A DNA stretch of 63,789 nucleotides, the filler included, from Kipferlia bialata (Eukaryota), in assembly GCA_003568945.1 (NCBI GenBank). It is 6 parts of 6 records of this genome, joined end to end, with 100 filler letters (N's around TTAATTAATTAA, not from the genome) between each part and the next. Parts side by side here need not be neighbours in the genome. Positions count along the whole stretch, not along the records: positions 13,366 to 26,610 come from BDIP01000974.1; positions 26,711 to 39,941 come from BDIP01000975.1; 4 more parts are not named here. One strand, written 5' to 3'. Every line of letters begins with the position of its first letter. Position 1 is the first letter of the stretch. The notes beneath the pieces were generated by a model. It was not told the DNA's origin. It searched no databases and saw nothing but the letters and a program-made list of their open reading frames with translations. Made by a program: the position numbers and the translations under genes. Shown here in pieces: positions 22,301 through 32,756 of the stretch.

Positions 22301-23704
22301 AGAGATTTAGAGGTTGTCGACCGTATTCTTCGAGAGAGAAGGGGTGTTAACAAGCCATATGGTGGGGTGACCATGGTGTTCTCGGGTGACTTCCGTCAGA
22401 TTCTTCCTATCGTCGGTTCTACTGAGAAGTCTGCTATTATTGACTCATGTGTATTCAGTGCCAAGCTCTGGCATAAGAAGATCACTAAGTTGAAGCTCAC
22501 TGGTAACATGAGACTGGTTGATGATGATCCTGTCACTATGTGGTTCCATAGTTGGGTGATGAGAGTGGGTAATGGGACACAGAGTGCTGACGATGATGGT
22601 CGTATTGACATTCCTCCTATATTGCAGCTTGATGTGACCGATAGTGCAAGAGAGTATGATGAGACTCATACTGCGCATTGTTACAAGGGGGCGAGGGATT
22701 CGAGAGGTTCCCTGATGTCAAAGAAGGCCTCTAGTGCTAAAGCTAAGAGGATGAGACATTTGAAGAACCAGGGTCGTGAGGATGCTCCGTTGACTGTACG
22801 AGACAGAGACTTTCAAGTCCCTGTTAATGCTCTCTTGGATTTCGTTTATCCTGGATTACGTCGGGGGAACTACATATCTCTCTGTGATGTGAAAGAGAGT
22901 AGGTGTATCCTTGCCACTTACAACAATCATGTGGATATGATCAATGAGTATGTGGTCAAGATGATATGTGAGCGTTTGCAGAGGAGACCCACTGTGTATT
23001 GTAGTGAGAATGAGTTCGTCCTTCCTACTAAGGAGTACAGTGCTGTTGCCGCACAGTTGATGTTGAGAGAGTATGAGTGCAGTGGTATCCCACCACATAA
23101 GCTCTCCTTGTGTCCAGGTTGTCCCATTATGTTACTGACTAATCTTGACGTCCCTAAGGGACACTGTAATGGTACTCGGTATGTCATTGAGCGGGTATCA
23201 CGTCATGTCATCCATGCTCGCGCCACTACTGGTAAGAGTCAGGGTCAGTTACTGATGATTCCACGTATCAGTCTTGAGTCAACATGGCATGGTGCACCAT
23301 TTGTACGGAAGCAGTTCCCAATCCGTGTGTGCTTCGCCATGACTATTGATAAGGCCCAGGGTCAGTCTATTGATCATGTCGGTGGATATCTACCTGAGGA
23401 GGTGTTCTCACATGGGCAGTTGTACACTTGTGTATCCAGGGTCACGCATGTTAAGCAATTGACCATCTTCTGTCCTCATTATGGGGGTAAGATCGTGAAC
23501 CATGTGATTGAGAGGGCTGTGAAGCAGTTACCATTGGGTAAGGATGATAAGGTTGTGCGACTTGAAGAGGGTCCGTATGATGAGGATATGTATCCTGGTG
23601 ATAATTCTGATCATACGTTGGTAGAGTCGTTACATAGTGAGTCTTTTGATGAAGAGGCATTGTATCCCGAGATAGGGGTGGGTGATGATGAAGTTGGAGA
23701 GTAA
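16322..23704 (+). CDS. Helitron RepHel transposase (2460 aa): Ulp1/C48-like protease, Zn finger, HUH Rep nuclease, PIF1 (SF1B) helicase
   Basis: Protease GHWVV...QDPGSNDCGAF; Zn finger CHFCGAWFF...CCDKGKV; Rep motifs PDLFITMT and VEFQERGLPHVHML, with Y...VHKY; helicase GPGGSGKT, LDEISM, GDFRQILP, NMR, QFPIRVCFAMTIDKAQGQS, HGQLYTCVSRV. No in-frame stops. Confidence 0.96.
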   Translation: MRAHLDDVLRLLLLLALLSWAVVLFVSDPPRTLQFPLTPLTYDVIIRVPVPHTYEQRMGSVLIYDPVSLSDRAREWMDDPDTIGVLPYTVHSLSLQLPCVTSLSLIRFPPRRRPVVRYLRYVRPSPVRKPCVSGSRRDRSSRVRVRDVMMRSAVKRGSKRVGLDLAAHMCGGGRNYVHASKPPRGPVALDDHSYEYVTTQGYQLDDDVVGYASERLRDLYRPVPECVHEREWCAGNPVFNNPRFMDTSGAQRYQRHPGPQIALTYGTGGHWVVFNLVAGARNINTGAIENHVEVYCSLGRTPESGDGAYLTDIIAGQLVAVYGPGFVDTVSFPKMAQYQDPGSNDCGAFAVAYVETLLRGLDPSRRVYDKSTIRHHTWDLYHNRARPTGPTATRRLCRSEPRIGRRPPVRHYDVGDYVTEAAHAVRVRRALAALRRRYSKLRVPTRPSSSGGVGADVSDMSSKCGVKCPKPKRSASECVNPVAVSVASSKPKHDRVVECGPGSHCTVSRATGRVVNPDGSYSVVQPLSGDAKTWSKTEDSALVSKPGYVGRKKRLMRRSVSSRPAMPSTPVRHASDKVGVGEESDIPSSTLPVVESPGPRISDILASGGTRLPLVMSVSPRVNRFGRSKYFSTDCAVAVRKDKDGNVIPESDDEPSGDGSTTALEDSIIASSEGEHEHDRGAMLRLFNDPHFGDPLPNGSMQYEESIQYDDSIALPKASVLESESEGEKIEPLEEESYGSYLSFSFEESLSAGDSIFKDIPDDEIENVRSMLKEARDMEMGRDCVIKIDDTSTESSPKKLHDDEEDFRDVYVDPTAGQCRKSYHVHRGKGIGPLAERYIDKYVFRLGGRFNTPCHFCGAWFFQPETIKMSMAEKLKLKGKYKPANLDRDLYYGRFCCDKGKVSYALPTVSEEHYPLYDRLLRDRFFMRWILWYSDQVALVHRYADRHLRIGGQGVPAVARRGTEGHRITTGLVPPTDVKDCQHAARWLVDKEKRPPLELKAGVTQDIVDTLDEIMEDNLTIKEFQILSREAAVGGACLVLPGSRKSRESAAEHSTYNSDTFFLVDDDYVPDEYDVVFEPIDSGDSTKHHLHCSHESFDRTRFTFLFGGHTTGWEKDDMQVVGGLTKNGKIDIKNQDPIPYAAHTRYLLQERRRKNDILLRSGQLLSEYAIACHGRNIKLNTGWIRNNQKKLKVDKYKKWQQALRSGEMNKIGAPVILPSTFKESERYYNNCRMDSVTLIEEFGVPDLFITMTLDGSCDDIRVEGSAKGGDHLQRADLGARVFHQQLQHLEDMVVKGKVFGPIKCCSWRVEFQERGLPHVHMLVNLKEPIETPERADLFVCAELPPESSPLYDIIYTHNMHGLKKSGCKYSQCGIKAATDAKADGWEWDHASDECADGYPKRSCLRTYRGDYGFVPRRRILEPGGNKLNGHVIGYNPYLSSVFRTMVNVEAVTSAKASVYVNATSKVHKYIHKSAHVDNIVVTDAYDEVAAYDSGMVVTAHEAFWRTFQFELRNTYPAVQLLIVHARGEQSVTVPLDDVATGAQVYHAEKKLDDCEDSTLEAYFKRMDLDYRFLQADAVADHSGETVKKRTARLQLVAAARARGSCLYQDIPKFCKWENHAWVPYKIIKTWDTLGRLSVTTRADEEAHYVGLLLRERGGIRSWDDLLTVVNEDGEYILWPNAREAARASGILSDATVSQVLDNAIDFGGTYADTDTDNVVNARIDLFMTLLKQELVGDTFLILDEHRRWYSMARRDVLQVCDYMREVDVHLTDEDLRTMVLADIYHAMIAKSFSVNLRNSLRLTAAVMLELRDKLLLCDNDSFLARFDTVTDNIIEEADEGNRLSVVDMSLVKVELDYDIHQQQEEYDNTECNLTVEGGQRGAFDHIVHSIDNDEGKHFHLDGPGGSGKTYLLKCILNYVRAQGDIALVSASSGVAASLLPGGVTHHSRFWLKVYSDPDTPREINLSRSHPVATLLSDNRVRVCILDEISMMQRRDLEVVDRILRERRGVNKPYGGVTMVFSGDFRQILPIVGSTEKSAIIDSCVFSAKLWHKKITKLKLTGNMRLVDDDPVTMWFHSWVMRVGNGTQSADDDGRIDIPPILQLDVTDSAREYDETHTAHCYKGARDSRGSLMSKKASSAKAKRMRHLKNQGREDAPLTVRDRDFQVPVNALLDFVYPGLRRGNYISLCDVKESRCILATYNNHVDMINEYVVKMICERLQRRPTVYCSENEFVLPTKEYSAVAAQLMLREYECSGIPPHKLSLCPGCPIMLLTNLDVPKGHCNGTRYVIERVSRHVIHARATTGKSQGQLLMIPRISLESTWHGAPFVRKQFPIRVCFAMTIDKAQGQSIDHVGGYLPEEVFSHGQLYTCVSRVTHVKQLTIFCPHYGGKIVNHVIERAVKQLPLGKDDKVVRLEEGPYDEDMYPGDNSDHTLVESLHSESFDEEALYPEIGVGDDEVGE

Positions 23705-24133
23705 GTGTGTGTGTCAACAAGTGTAATAGATTGTATATGTGTACATGTAATCAATATCGAATTAGTTCGAGTATGAGTTATGTTTCAGGTGTGAAGTATC
23801 TCAAGGTCTGTAAATACTTTGGGTAAGAAAATTCCTATGATATCTGTCAGGTAAGAATTATAATGAAACTTGCGGTTAAGTATTATTTGTGATGTAATGT
23901 ACCCTAAGGTATTGTGTCACTCCAGGTATTAAAATACTTGAAGTAATATGTATATCTCTATTATTGAACTGTTGTGAATATCGATTGTACTCGGAGAGAA
24001 GATAATAGCCATGTTATTTATATGACTGGGGTATTTGTATGTGTGTCAGTATTGTGATATGTTTTTGTGACATATATGATTATACCCTTATTGTCTACTA
24101 TGAACCAACCCAGCTTTCTCTTTGAACTTAGGC

Positions 24134-25015
24134 ATGGTAGCGCCCATTCTAAGTGATGATGAGGAGAGTAGTGGTAGTGGTTGTCTGCCTTCTCAGTGTG
24201 AGTCAGAGGTGGTCGCTGGGAGTGACACTGGTGTTGTTGTCGACATTGTGGCGTCTGAGGATGCACAGGCTGCTGCAGAGGACAGTGCGGCTGTGCTCTC
24301 TCTACAGGATGACGCGAAGGATGTTGTGGAGGGGGATGCACGTCCTGAGAGTGTGGTAGAGATCACTGAGGGTGACGACGAGGATACCGTGCATGAAGGT
24401 GGTGTTGGTAGTGATGTAGGGGTTGTGACACCTGTTGTCACTCCCTCTGGGTCAGTAACTCTGGGAGAGAGGGATGTGGCACCTGTTGCCGCTGTATCTG
24501 AGTCAGCTACTCAGGGGGGGGGGAGTGTGACGGCTGCTGCTGCTGAGCCTCTGCCCTTTTCTCAGGAGGAGGAGGTGATGGCCTTCGCATCTCAGCGCCC
24601 ATCTCAGTACACACCGGTAAGTAGTGTATATATATATTAGTATATGAAGATATATATATATATATATATATATACTTGCTAATGTATTCATTTACCTCAG
24701 GGTCACAGTCAGTCTACATTGGAGTTCTTACCTGAGCCCGTTCAGCCATGTGGGTGGGGTTCAGTACTGATTGTGGATGAGATTCGTCCTTTTCCAGGCT
24801 CAGTCTCTTACACACTACTTGCCAAGGTATTAGTGCATGTGTATTACATCCCTTATATATATGTTGTATTTGCTTATTACCTTATAGTATTACTCTGGAT
24901 ACATTTACTATCTAAATGACTCTAGGTTGTGTCTGTGTATCCATCACGGCCTGTGGCTGATGGTAGGAGGCTCGTAAACCTCATTCTCAGAGACAGTCGT
25001 CATGCAGAGATTAAG
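24134..25015 (+). CDS. RPA70-like OB-fold ssDNA-binding protein with acidic N-terminus, 3'-partial; exons 24134-24616, 24701-24826, 24926-25015
   Basis: Spliced LIVDEIRPFPGSVSYTLLAK|VVSVYPSRPVADGRRLVNLILRDSRHAEIK resembles the start of RPA1 DBD-A (I..L.P....W.I.ARV...L.DE...EI). Immediately downstream of RepHel on the same strand. Confidence 0.55.
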
Positions 25016-25149
25016 GTAATTGTTGTATGTGATTCTTCTCTCTCTCTCTCTCTCTCCTCTCTCTTTTCTATTCTGCTCCCGCCTCTCCCTCTCTCTCTCT
25101 CCTCTTTCCCTCTTCCTCTCTCATCCCCCCTCCCCCCCCCCCCCCCCGC

Positions 25150-26550
25150 CCTCACCCCAAGTTGAAGAGATCCGGCTGCTTGGGTACCCACGGGCCGTCA
25201 ATTACCACCAGGTCACAGGGAACTCATTCTCTAGCTGACATTGGGTCATTCTCTAGCTGACATTTGGTGTTGGACATTGTTTGCCAGTTGCTGTCCAGTA
25301 TCTGCCATCTGTGTACCTCTCACTGTCTGTATGGTTATGTGCCTCACCGTCAGGTCATGCACCCCGTGGCCAGTGAGACAAGAGAGCTGCTGCTGTTTCT
25401 AGGTGGGTGCCCTTTTGTTGTACATTCGTGTACATATTGTGTACAGTCCTTGAAATCATCAAGATACATTGTCATTCTGAACCTTTGTCTCGGTCTTACC
25501 CAGTCAACCGCCTTCCTGCGGCTGAGAAGGACGCATCTGTGGATATCACATCTCGAAGCCAGGTACTGTACATAGTATATGAACGCCAGTGTCACAGCTT
25601 GTTTTACTGTCATCATGCGTCTCTGATGCCAGGCCTCTCTTCTCCTGCAGCACTCCCTCTCTGCCTGGACTGAGGTGCCCCACGAGGATGCCGCCGTGGC
25701 CATGCTCCGGCCCCTACCCCCTCTCGTGTGTCTAGCCCCACAGCACAGGGTTCCATACGGAGGTACCATGCATAGCATATTTAGACCCAGGGTACTATAC
25801 CCTCATTGCTTGTTGTTCATTGGTCACACTGCCTCCAATATGAAGTGCTCATCGTTTCTGTGTCGTTGTTGTATGGTACTCATGGTGACGATCTCACTTA
25901 CTGGGTTATGTGCCAAATCTATCTTGGCTGATATCAGTTGGCATTCTGCGCTCGCTCTCCCTTCCCTGCGAGGGTGTCAGAGGAAAGACATACGCCGTTC
26001 CCAAGAGGGACCCATTCTTGGCTGATGCCCTGGCAGGTGTCACCCTCTCCCCCCCAGAGACGCCTCTGTCACCAGGGGCCTCTCTGCTGTCGCCTGTATC
26101 GAGGCACCTCCACATCAGACAGAGGAAGGAGAAGGAGAGAGAGAGAGACAGGGTCAGGCGCAGTATCGGTTGTCTGAGGTATGCGGTCACTTCCCATGTG
26201 TCTATGTATGATGATGCCTTCTTTCTATCGATCTATTCACGTTTCTGTCTCTGAGTACATCCCACACCCAGGGCCGGTTTGATGTACGGACCCGGAGGTT
26301 CATCCGGTATGAGCACACAGGTGGGTGTAGTGTAGTGGTTGCAGATAGTCAGCACTTCGACAGTGCATCTCACTTCAGCGTCCCGAGCACATGACGTCTC
26401 GTGAGTTGGCCGAGGCGTCAGAGAAGACATCACTGCAAGTGCAGGTGGGCCGCGTTCACTGGACTTACCGTATCATTACTCTCTATCTCTCATGTCTAGG
26501 AGGTGTCCCAGCGCCTGTCCGTGCTGCAGCGATCAGAGGTCCAGGCACAG
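25150..26550 (+). CDS. Fragments of a multi-exon hypothetical host-type gene
   Basis: GC-rich blocks with GT/AG borders (e.g. VGILRSLSLPCEGVRGKTYAVPKRDPFLADALAG); no family recognised. Confidence 0.3.
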
Positions 26551-26561
26551 GTGGGTTGCGT

Positions 26562-26610
<49 letters not shown>

Positions 26611-26772
26611 NNNNNNNNNNNNNNNNNNNNNNNNNNNNNNNNNNNNNNNNNNNNTTAATTAATTAANNNNNNNNNNNNNNNNNNNNNNNNNNNNNNNNNN
26701 NNNNNNNNNNTCCCCATATATACCCTCTTCCTTTCCCTCTCCTTTCCTCCCCCCCCCCCCCCGACCCCATAG

Positions 26773-29700
26773 GTCATCCTGGTAGATGACAAGGACAGAG
26801 TTGGCGGCAAGCTGGTCCTCCAGTCCCACCTCTTCTTCGGCAGTGTCCAGGATACAATGGCTGGAACCAGGTACAGACACATACAGATACATGATACGTA
26901 TGTATGTAGATTCTATGTCACCAAATAGATATATATATATTTTCATATATCGAGTCAGCGGGTATGTCTTACCGCCAGGGGCTATGAGATTGCCTCCAAG
27001 CTATCCGACCGGCTGGACACTGCCCTCTCTGCCTCCAGGGGCAGTGCCGTGTGGCTCCAGAGCACTGCTGTAGGGGTGTTCAGTGATGGTAGGGTGGGCG
27101 TCATGAGACGGCTGCCAAGGGGGGAGGATGCCTCTGGACATGGGGATACACACAGGGAGGGGGAGGCACCCCCATACCGCCAGCAGTACGTGGTGGTCAG
27201 ACCCAAGATGCTCCTGGTAGCCACAGGTGCGTTCTAACTACCCACATGTATATGCAATAGTATCTCTATGCACCATGGAGGTATACTGTTTCATTTTCCC
27301 TCTCCCTCCCACCCCAGGTGCCATGGAGAACACCCTCTCCTTCCCGGGTAACTCTCTGCCTGGTGTGTATGGGGCAGGTGGCCTCCAGACTCTGGTACGG
27401 ATATATATATATATGTATATGTTTGTATATAGACTGCGTAACCCCCCTCATTGATAGGTCAACAGTGCATATGAATATATTGTGTATGTGTATACCCCCC
27501 CTCACTGTCAGGTCAACAGAGACCTGGTCAAGGCAGCCAAGCGTGTCCTGATAGTGGGAGGGGGCAATGTGGGGCTGGTGGCAGGGTATGTATTGTGTGC
27601 TGTACACTGCATCGATACATATACCGAAACCCCTGACACCCAGGTACCATGCGATCCAGGCAGGGATAGAGGTGGTAGGACTGATAGAAGGTAGGGGCGT
27701 TTCTCTCTACGGCTATGTACTGCTACACCACTGGCACATATCCCCCTCATCCCCAGGGATGCCCAGGGTAGGGGGCTACAAGGTGCACGCTGACAAGCTG
27801 CGTCGCCTGGGGGTCCCTATCCTCTGCAGCCACACCGTTGTATGTGCCGAGCCGGGGAGAGACGGCACAGTGTGTGCGGTGCAGACGGCTGAGGTATGTG
27901 ACAAGTAATATACACGATGTCTACTCGCTAGATCCTAAGCCCTAACCCCCTAGGTAGACCGTTCCTGGGCATGTGTACCTGGTACCACACAGAGATGGGA
28001 GGTCGACGCAGTGCTGGTGAGGGAAACAATAATTGTACTTATGACTCATGACTCATGAACATATGTATGTATACTCTCAATAGCACTAAATGACTGACAC
28101 CAGGTGGCCGTGGGTCTGTCCCCCGTGGATGCCTTTGTCAGACAGGCTAGAGAGTATGGCATGAGGGTATACACAGCAGGGGATGCCAGAAGGTAGGGCA
28201 TGTGGGTATGTGTCCATTGACATCACTAGTATCTATGTGTGTTCTGACTCTAGGATCTCCGAGGCCTCCTCCGCCATGTACACTGGTAGGATCACAGGTA
28301 GAGACATGGCTAGAGAGCTGCTGGGGGAGACTATGAGTGCCTCTGAGGTCGATGCCCACATGCAGGCTGTGTTTGGGGTGATAGACAGTGCCGCAGAGAG
28401 CGCCAAGGCTGCAGTGCTCTCTGCCCCCGCTGGGGCCACAGACACTACACTCCTACCAACTGTGGAGAGTGTGGTGGATGATACAGTGCAGCCCGTGCTC
28501 CACTGTGTCCAGGAGATTGCATGCAACTCGTGTGAGGCATCGTGTAGGAGAGGCGCCATCAGACTGAGGGGTAAGGACCTGACAGGCTCCCCCTTCCACT
28601 GCACCAGTGATGATGGCAGTGAGGGGTGCATGGGGTGCATGCAGTGCGTGGCCCGGTGCCCTGGGCTGGCAGTCACGGTGGTGGACACACGGTATGTACT
28701 CTATATACTCTCTATACGTACCACACACTGTTGCCCATACTGTCCATCTACCGTACCCCTACCTCTGACTGATAGGGGAGAGGGTGGCAATGAGAACCCT
28801 CTGGTCACCATGCCCTGTGAGCTGTCCCCAGCTGATGCCGCAGGTATGTGGGGTATCCTGTACACAGGTGTATACCTGACTCGCCTCCTGAGATAGGAAG
28901 ACAACCTCTAACCCCAGACACTAGACTGAGCTATGTTCGCATCAAGGGCGAGGACTGTGCCGATCTCGGGGTCTACAGGGTGGTGAGAGAGAGGACCCCC
29001 AAGCCTGATGGGTACAGGAGGGTGGTCACGGTCAGAATGCCCAGGTAAGAGGGCAATGGCTAATCACTTGGTGATTGAGTGGGTTAATGCATCTCTCTTA
29101 CACCGTGTCTGACCCCCAGAGCCCTTGCCCACTGTGCAGTGGGTGTGATCCCTGTCCCAGCAGAGCAGGTATCAGACGCAGTCTCTGCTGCCACAGATAT
29201 AGAGGATGGGGTGTCTAGTCAGGCCCCTGATGCCCTCATATGCCGGTGAGTGACGATAGTTGAACTATACAATATGCACACTCTACTTTGTCTATTCTGA
29301 CCCATCAGGTGTGAGAGGGTGACTGCCGCCACTGTGGTTCAGGAGGTGAAGAGACAGGTCGCCCTCATCAAGGCCTCACACGCAGCAGCCAACATACCAG
29401 TGCCCCTGGGACCTAGGTATACATATGACTGTATTTACTAGACCATTGAGACATACATGTTTGTAACTCCTCTGCCCTAACTCTTTAGGGGTCGTGTTCT
29501 GCTAGACGCCAATGCCCTCAAGGCCAGTCTACGCATAGGCATGGGTGCGTGTGGTGGCAGCTATTGCGGCAGACAGCTGCCCAGGCTCGCATGGAGCGCA
29601 GGAGCAGAGGCATGGTAGTGAGCACCATATATCATATTGCCAGACTACGCCATTAATACCCAGATAGTGCCCTACACGATACGTCCCATGGCAGTCGAGG

Positions 29701-31837
29701 CCAACATAGGTATGGGTGAACCGTACCCTGCGCCTTGCATTATGTCTGACTTACCCTAGGGGTCATAGCAGAGAGCCACACCTACACTGCCTCTGGGACC
29801 CCTCCCAGTGAGAGTGCAGGGTACCTCACCGACCCCTCTCTCTATCAGCAGACTGTGGTGGGCACTGCCCCTGCTGTGTATGTGGAGTCCGGTGCCCAGG
29901 ACACGACCATTGACGCATACACCCTGGATACTCTAGACACAGATGTGCTTGTGATGGGGGCAGGCAGTGCGGGGCTAGGTGGGGGCATGTATAGCATAGA
30001 GTATACACCGAGTGACACAATTAGACTGCTACTGACTCCCAGGTGTTGCAGTGGCCTGTGCCAGGAGGAACGTATCAATGATAGAGGCAGGGGAGGTCCC
30101 ACCCAGGGTACTCGTCCTGGACACTCGCACTGCAGCTGGACAGGTGGATATTGTGTTCATCCCTCTGTCCCACCTGTAGATGTGTTACCTCCTATCTCAC
30201 CCTCAGGGCGATCAGAAGCATGCCATTGGGGGCGTCCGGAGTGCGATGACCGACCCCGAGAGTGTGCTACTGGTGAGTGAGAGCAAGAGGGACTTCGCCT
30301 CTTGGGCCCAGAACACCCTGCCCCACGAGACCCAGGGAGAGGCAGACATTGGGTGGAGTCAGAGCGGGTATCTGTTTGTCGCCTATGGGCAGAGGCAGAG
30401 GGCGGTGCTGGAGAGAGTCATAGAGACACAGGTAGGAATTACTGATAACAACTGCTCCAGACTCACACACCTGATCCCCAGCGCTCCAATGCCGCCCTAG
30501 GCCTCCACCCAGACACGGGTATCAGGTGGGTGGACAGGGAGGGTGTGCTGGGCATGGTCCCTGGCATAGAGGCAGACGGGCTGTTAGGGGCAGCATACAG
30601 TCCCACAGACGGGGTGGCTAGCCCAGTGAGGTACTGTTCGCTCATTTGAATATACGCATTGTGTAGACATTGTGTACTATCCTCCATAACCTCCAGGTGG
30701 GCTGTCTCAGCATCCACCCGGGCCTTTGGTGACCCCACTAGCACTGGTGTGTCCCATGTGTCCTGTGCCCATGTGGTGAGGGTGCTACCCAAGACAGAGG
30801 CAGATGGGGGGAGGGAGAGGGTGCTAGTGCGGCTGAAGGACAGACCCAACGCATCAGAGGCCTCTGATGAGTACAAGGTGAGACCTAACACAATATATAT
30901 CATTCACCCACACTAACTCGCCCTCTCCTACCCACCCCAGGTGATCAGGGCCAGGGTTGTCATAGAGGCCCTTGGGGCTGGGGTCAACCTGGTGCAGGCA
31001 CGGTCAGGCCTAGACCCCCTGCACGTGTACCCGGACAGCCACGAGGCACTGGTCACCAGTGAAGGTACAACATATGCATATATTACATAGAGTTCGTGTA
31101 AGTGTCCAATTCACCCAGGATATGCCCCAGTGAAGACTCCTCTCGGTGCCTCTGGTCTCACCGCCGGCCCCATGGTTGTGGACCTTAGGGACTCCCCTTC
31201 ATTCAGCAACGTGTACTGGTACGGCTGACTTGAGTTTGTATTTCCATGTTTGGGTACCATATATGTACCATATGTATATTATATCTGGGTACCATATATG
31301 TACCATATGTATATTATATCTATATCATCCCCCTCACATGCAGGTATGTGACCCCTGAGGGCCAGATCGTGTTCTGCGGTACTCCCCGCCCCCCCTACTC
31401 TGGCCTGAGTGAGACCTCCACCTCCACCTTCCTGCCTGAGGGGTGTGCCAGACTGACAGGTCTGGTGCCATACGCAGCGGGTCTCAAGGTGCGGAGGGGG
31501 TGGCTACATAGCGCCAATACCTGATACTCTACACTCTTCACAGTATAGATTCCCACCCTAGGTCAGACGCACTTGGAGGGGCACCTACCCCAACAGCCCC
31601 GATGGCAAGCCTCTAGTGGGCCCAGACCCCTCGAGACCTGGTCTGTTCCACGTGAATGGCCTGGGGGGGCATGGCTTCATGCTGAGCTGTGGGCTGGGAA
31701 GGCTTGTATGTGACACAGTGTACGAGAGTATCGGGATGAGTACTTCAGGGGAGACATACCCTAGGGGACAGAGGGAGACACTACTAGATGCCATGAGAGT
31801 TGGCAGGGACTTCACAGCAGATGAGCTGTTGAAGTAG
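26773..31837 (+). CDS. Fused FAD/NAD(P) oxidoreductase + 2x[4Fe-4S] ferredoxin + BFD-like [2Fe-2S] + DAO-family FAD oxidase (sarcosine oxidase / proline dehydrogenase / HcnABC-like), 5'-partial, about 23 introns
   Basis: VILVDDKDRVGGKLVLQSHLFFGS; LLVATGAMENTLSFPGNSLPGVYGAGGLQTLVN; VLIVGGGNVGL; CNSCEASC and CMGCMQCVARCPG; ICRCERVT...GMGACGGSYC; DVLVMGAGSAGLG; AIGGVR; WRGTYPNSPDGKPLVG; NGLGGHGFML; ends ELLK-TAG. Confidence 0.88.
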
Positions 31838-32077
31838 GAGGGGGAGGTAGACTGGAAAGGATAGACTATCACAGAGGGTAGAGAGCGGAGGCAAGGTCCT
31901 CTAGCCAGTAATAGATTTGTACAGTGTATATGATTGAGGGAGCATGCTTGAGAAGTGAAAGCCTATTTATTCTGGTCGGATCGTGTATTTGTTAATTATC
32001 CGATTTTCCCATTGACTTGTTCAAGAAGTCTGCTCCTCTCTCACTCTGTGCCTTCGGCGTGTCCTGCTAGTTGGGAT

Positions 32078-32537
32078 ATGCAGCAGAAGGGCTACCAGGT
32101 GAACCTGCTGATAGACCAGCTGCACTATCAGAACAAGCACCAGGTCAAGAACGATGTGTCGCAGGTGCTGAATGCCTACCCTAGGCTGCAGCCCTCCCAA
32201 GGGGTGATGCCCAGGAGGGACGGGTCCAAGGTCAAGGTCCTGTATCTCGGGGGCTGTGTGCCCTTTGTGTACCAGTACAAGACGTACCAGTGCCCCATTG
32301 GCATCTTCCTGGACCCATGCTACCCCAGGTGCGTGTGTGGATATATATAGGATCAAGTATATGCTGTTGACTTTGGTTGATGATGTCTCTTTGTCCCTCT
32401 CACCCAGGATCCCCCCCACCATTGTGGTCACCCCCACCGCTGGCACATACATCAGGGACAAGCACCCCAACGTGGCCAGGGACACAGGCTATGTCACCCT
32501 CCCCTACATCAAGGGATGGACACCCAACATGAGCCAG
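32078..32537 (+). CDS. VPS23: Vps23/TSG101 UEV domain (ESCRT-I), 3'-partial; exons 32078-32328 and 32408-32537
   Basis: YPRLQP...DGSKVKVLYLGGCVPFVYQYKTYQCPIGIFLDPCYPRIPPTIVVTPTAGTYIRDKHPNVARDTGYVTLPYIKGW matches the TSG101 UEV pattern (L.GTIP..Y....YNIP...W....YP..PP...V.PT..M.I...H..V...G...LPYL..W). Confidence 0.85.
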
Positions 32538-32756
32538 GTCAGTTAGCCGAGGGGGGGGGGGGGGGGGGTTTCCTTTTTTTTTTTTCTTTTTTTTTTTCCT
32601 TGCCCCCCCCCCCCCCCCCCCCCCCTCCTGCCCGTTAGTTCTTATATCCGACTGAACAGGTAAATTCTCTCTCTCTTAGTAGTATAACCATATTGGCTGC
32701 AGTTTTATGTGTTAACGTCTACATATGTATTGGCACCTTATACCAGACTCTTCATA

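Larger units (their letters stand above)
13430..25015 (+). mobile_element. Autonomous Helitron-type rolling-circle transposon (termini not resolved) with RepHel, RPA-like gene, orphan gene and repeat arrays
   Basis: RepHel ORF 16322-23704; the same palindromic-unit arrays lie on both sides of it; host-type (CT)n intron filler is largely absent; adjacent OB-fold gene as in RPA-bearing Helitrons. Boundaries are inferred. Confidence 0.75.

Noticed and set aside
16322..23704. Endogenous virus or Polinton
   Set aside because: No capsid, polymerase B, integrase or packaging ATPase; the Rep+PIF1 layout is Helitron.
16967..23720. Antisense and alternate-frame ORFs within RepHel (e.g. 20285-20893, 17830-18384)
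   Set aside because: No motifs; expected shadows of biased codon usage.
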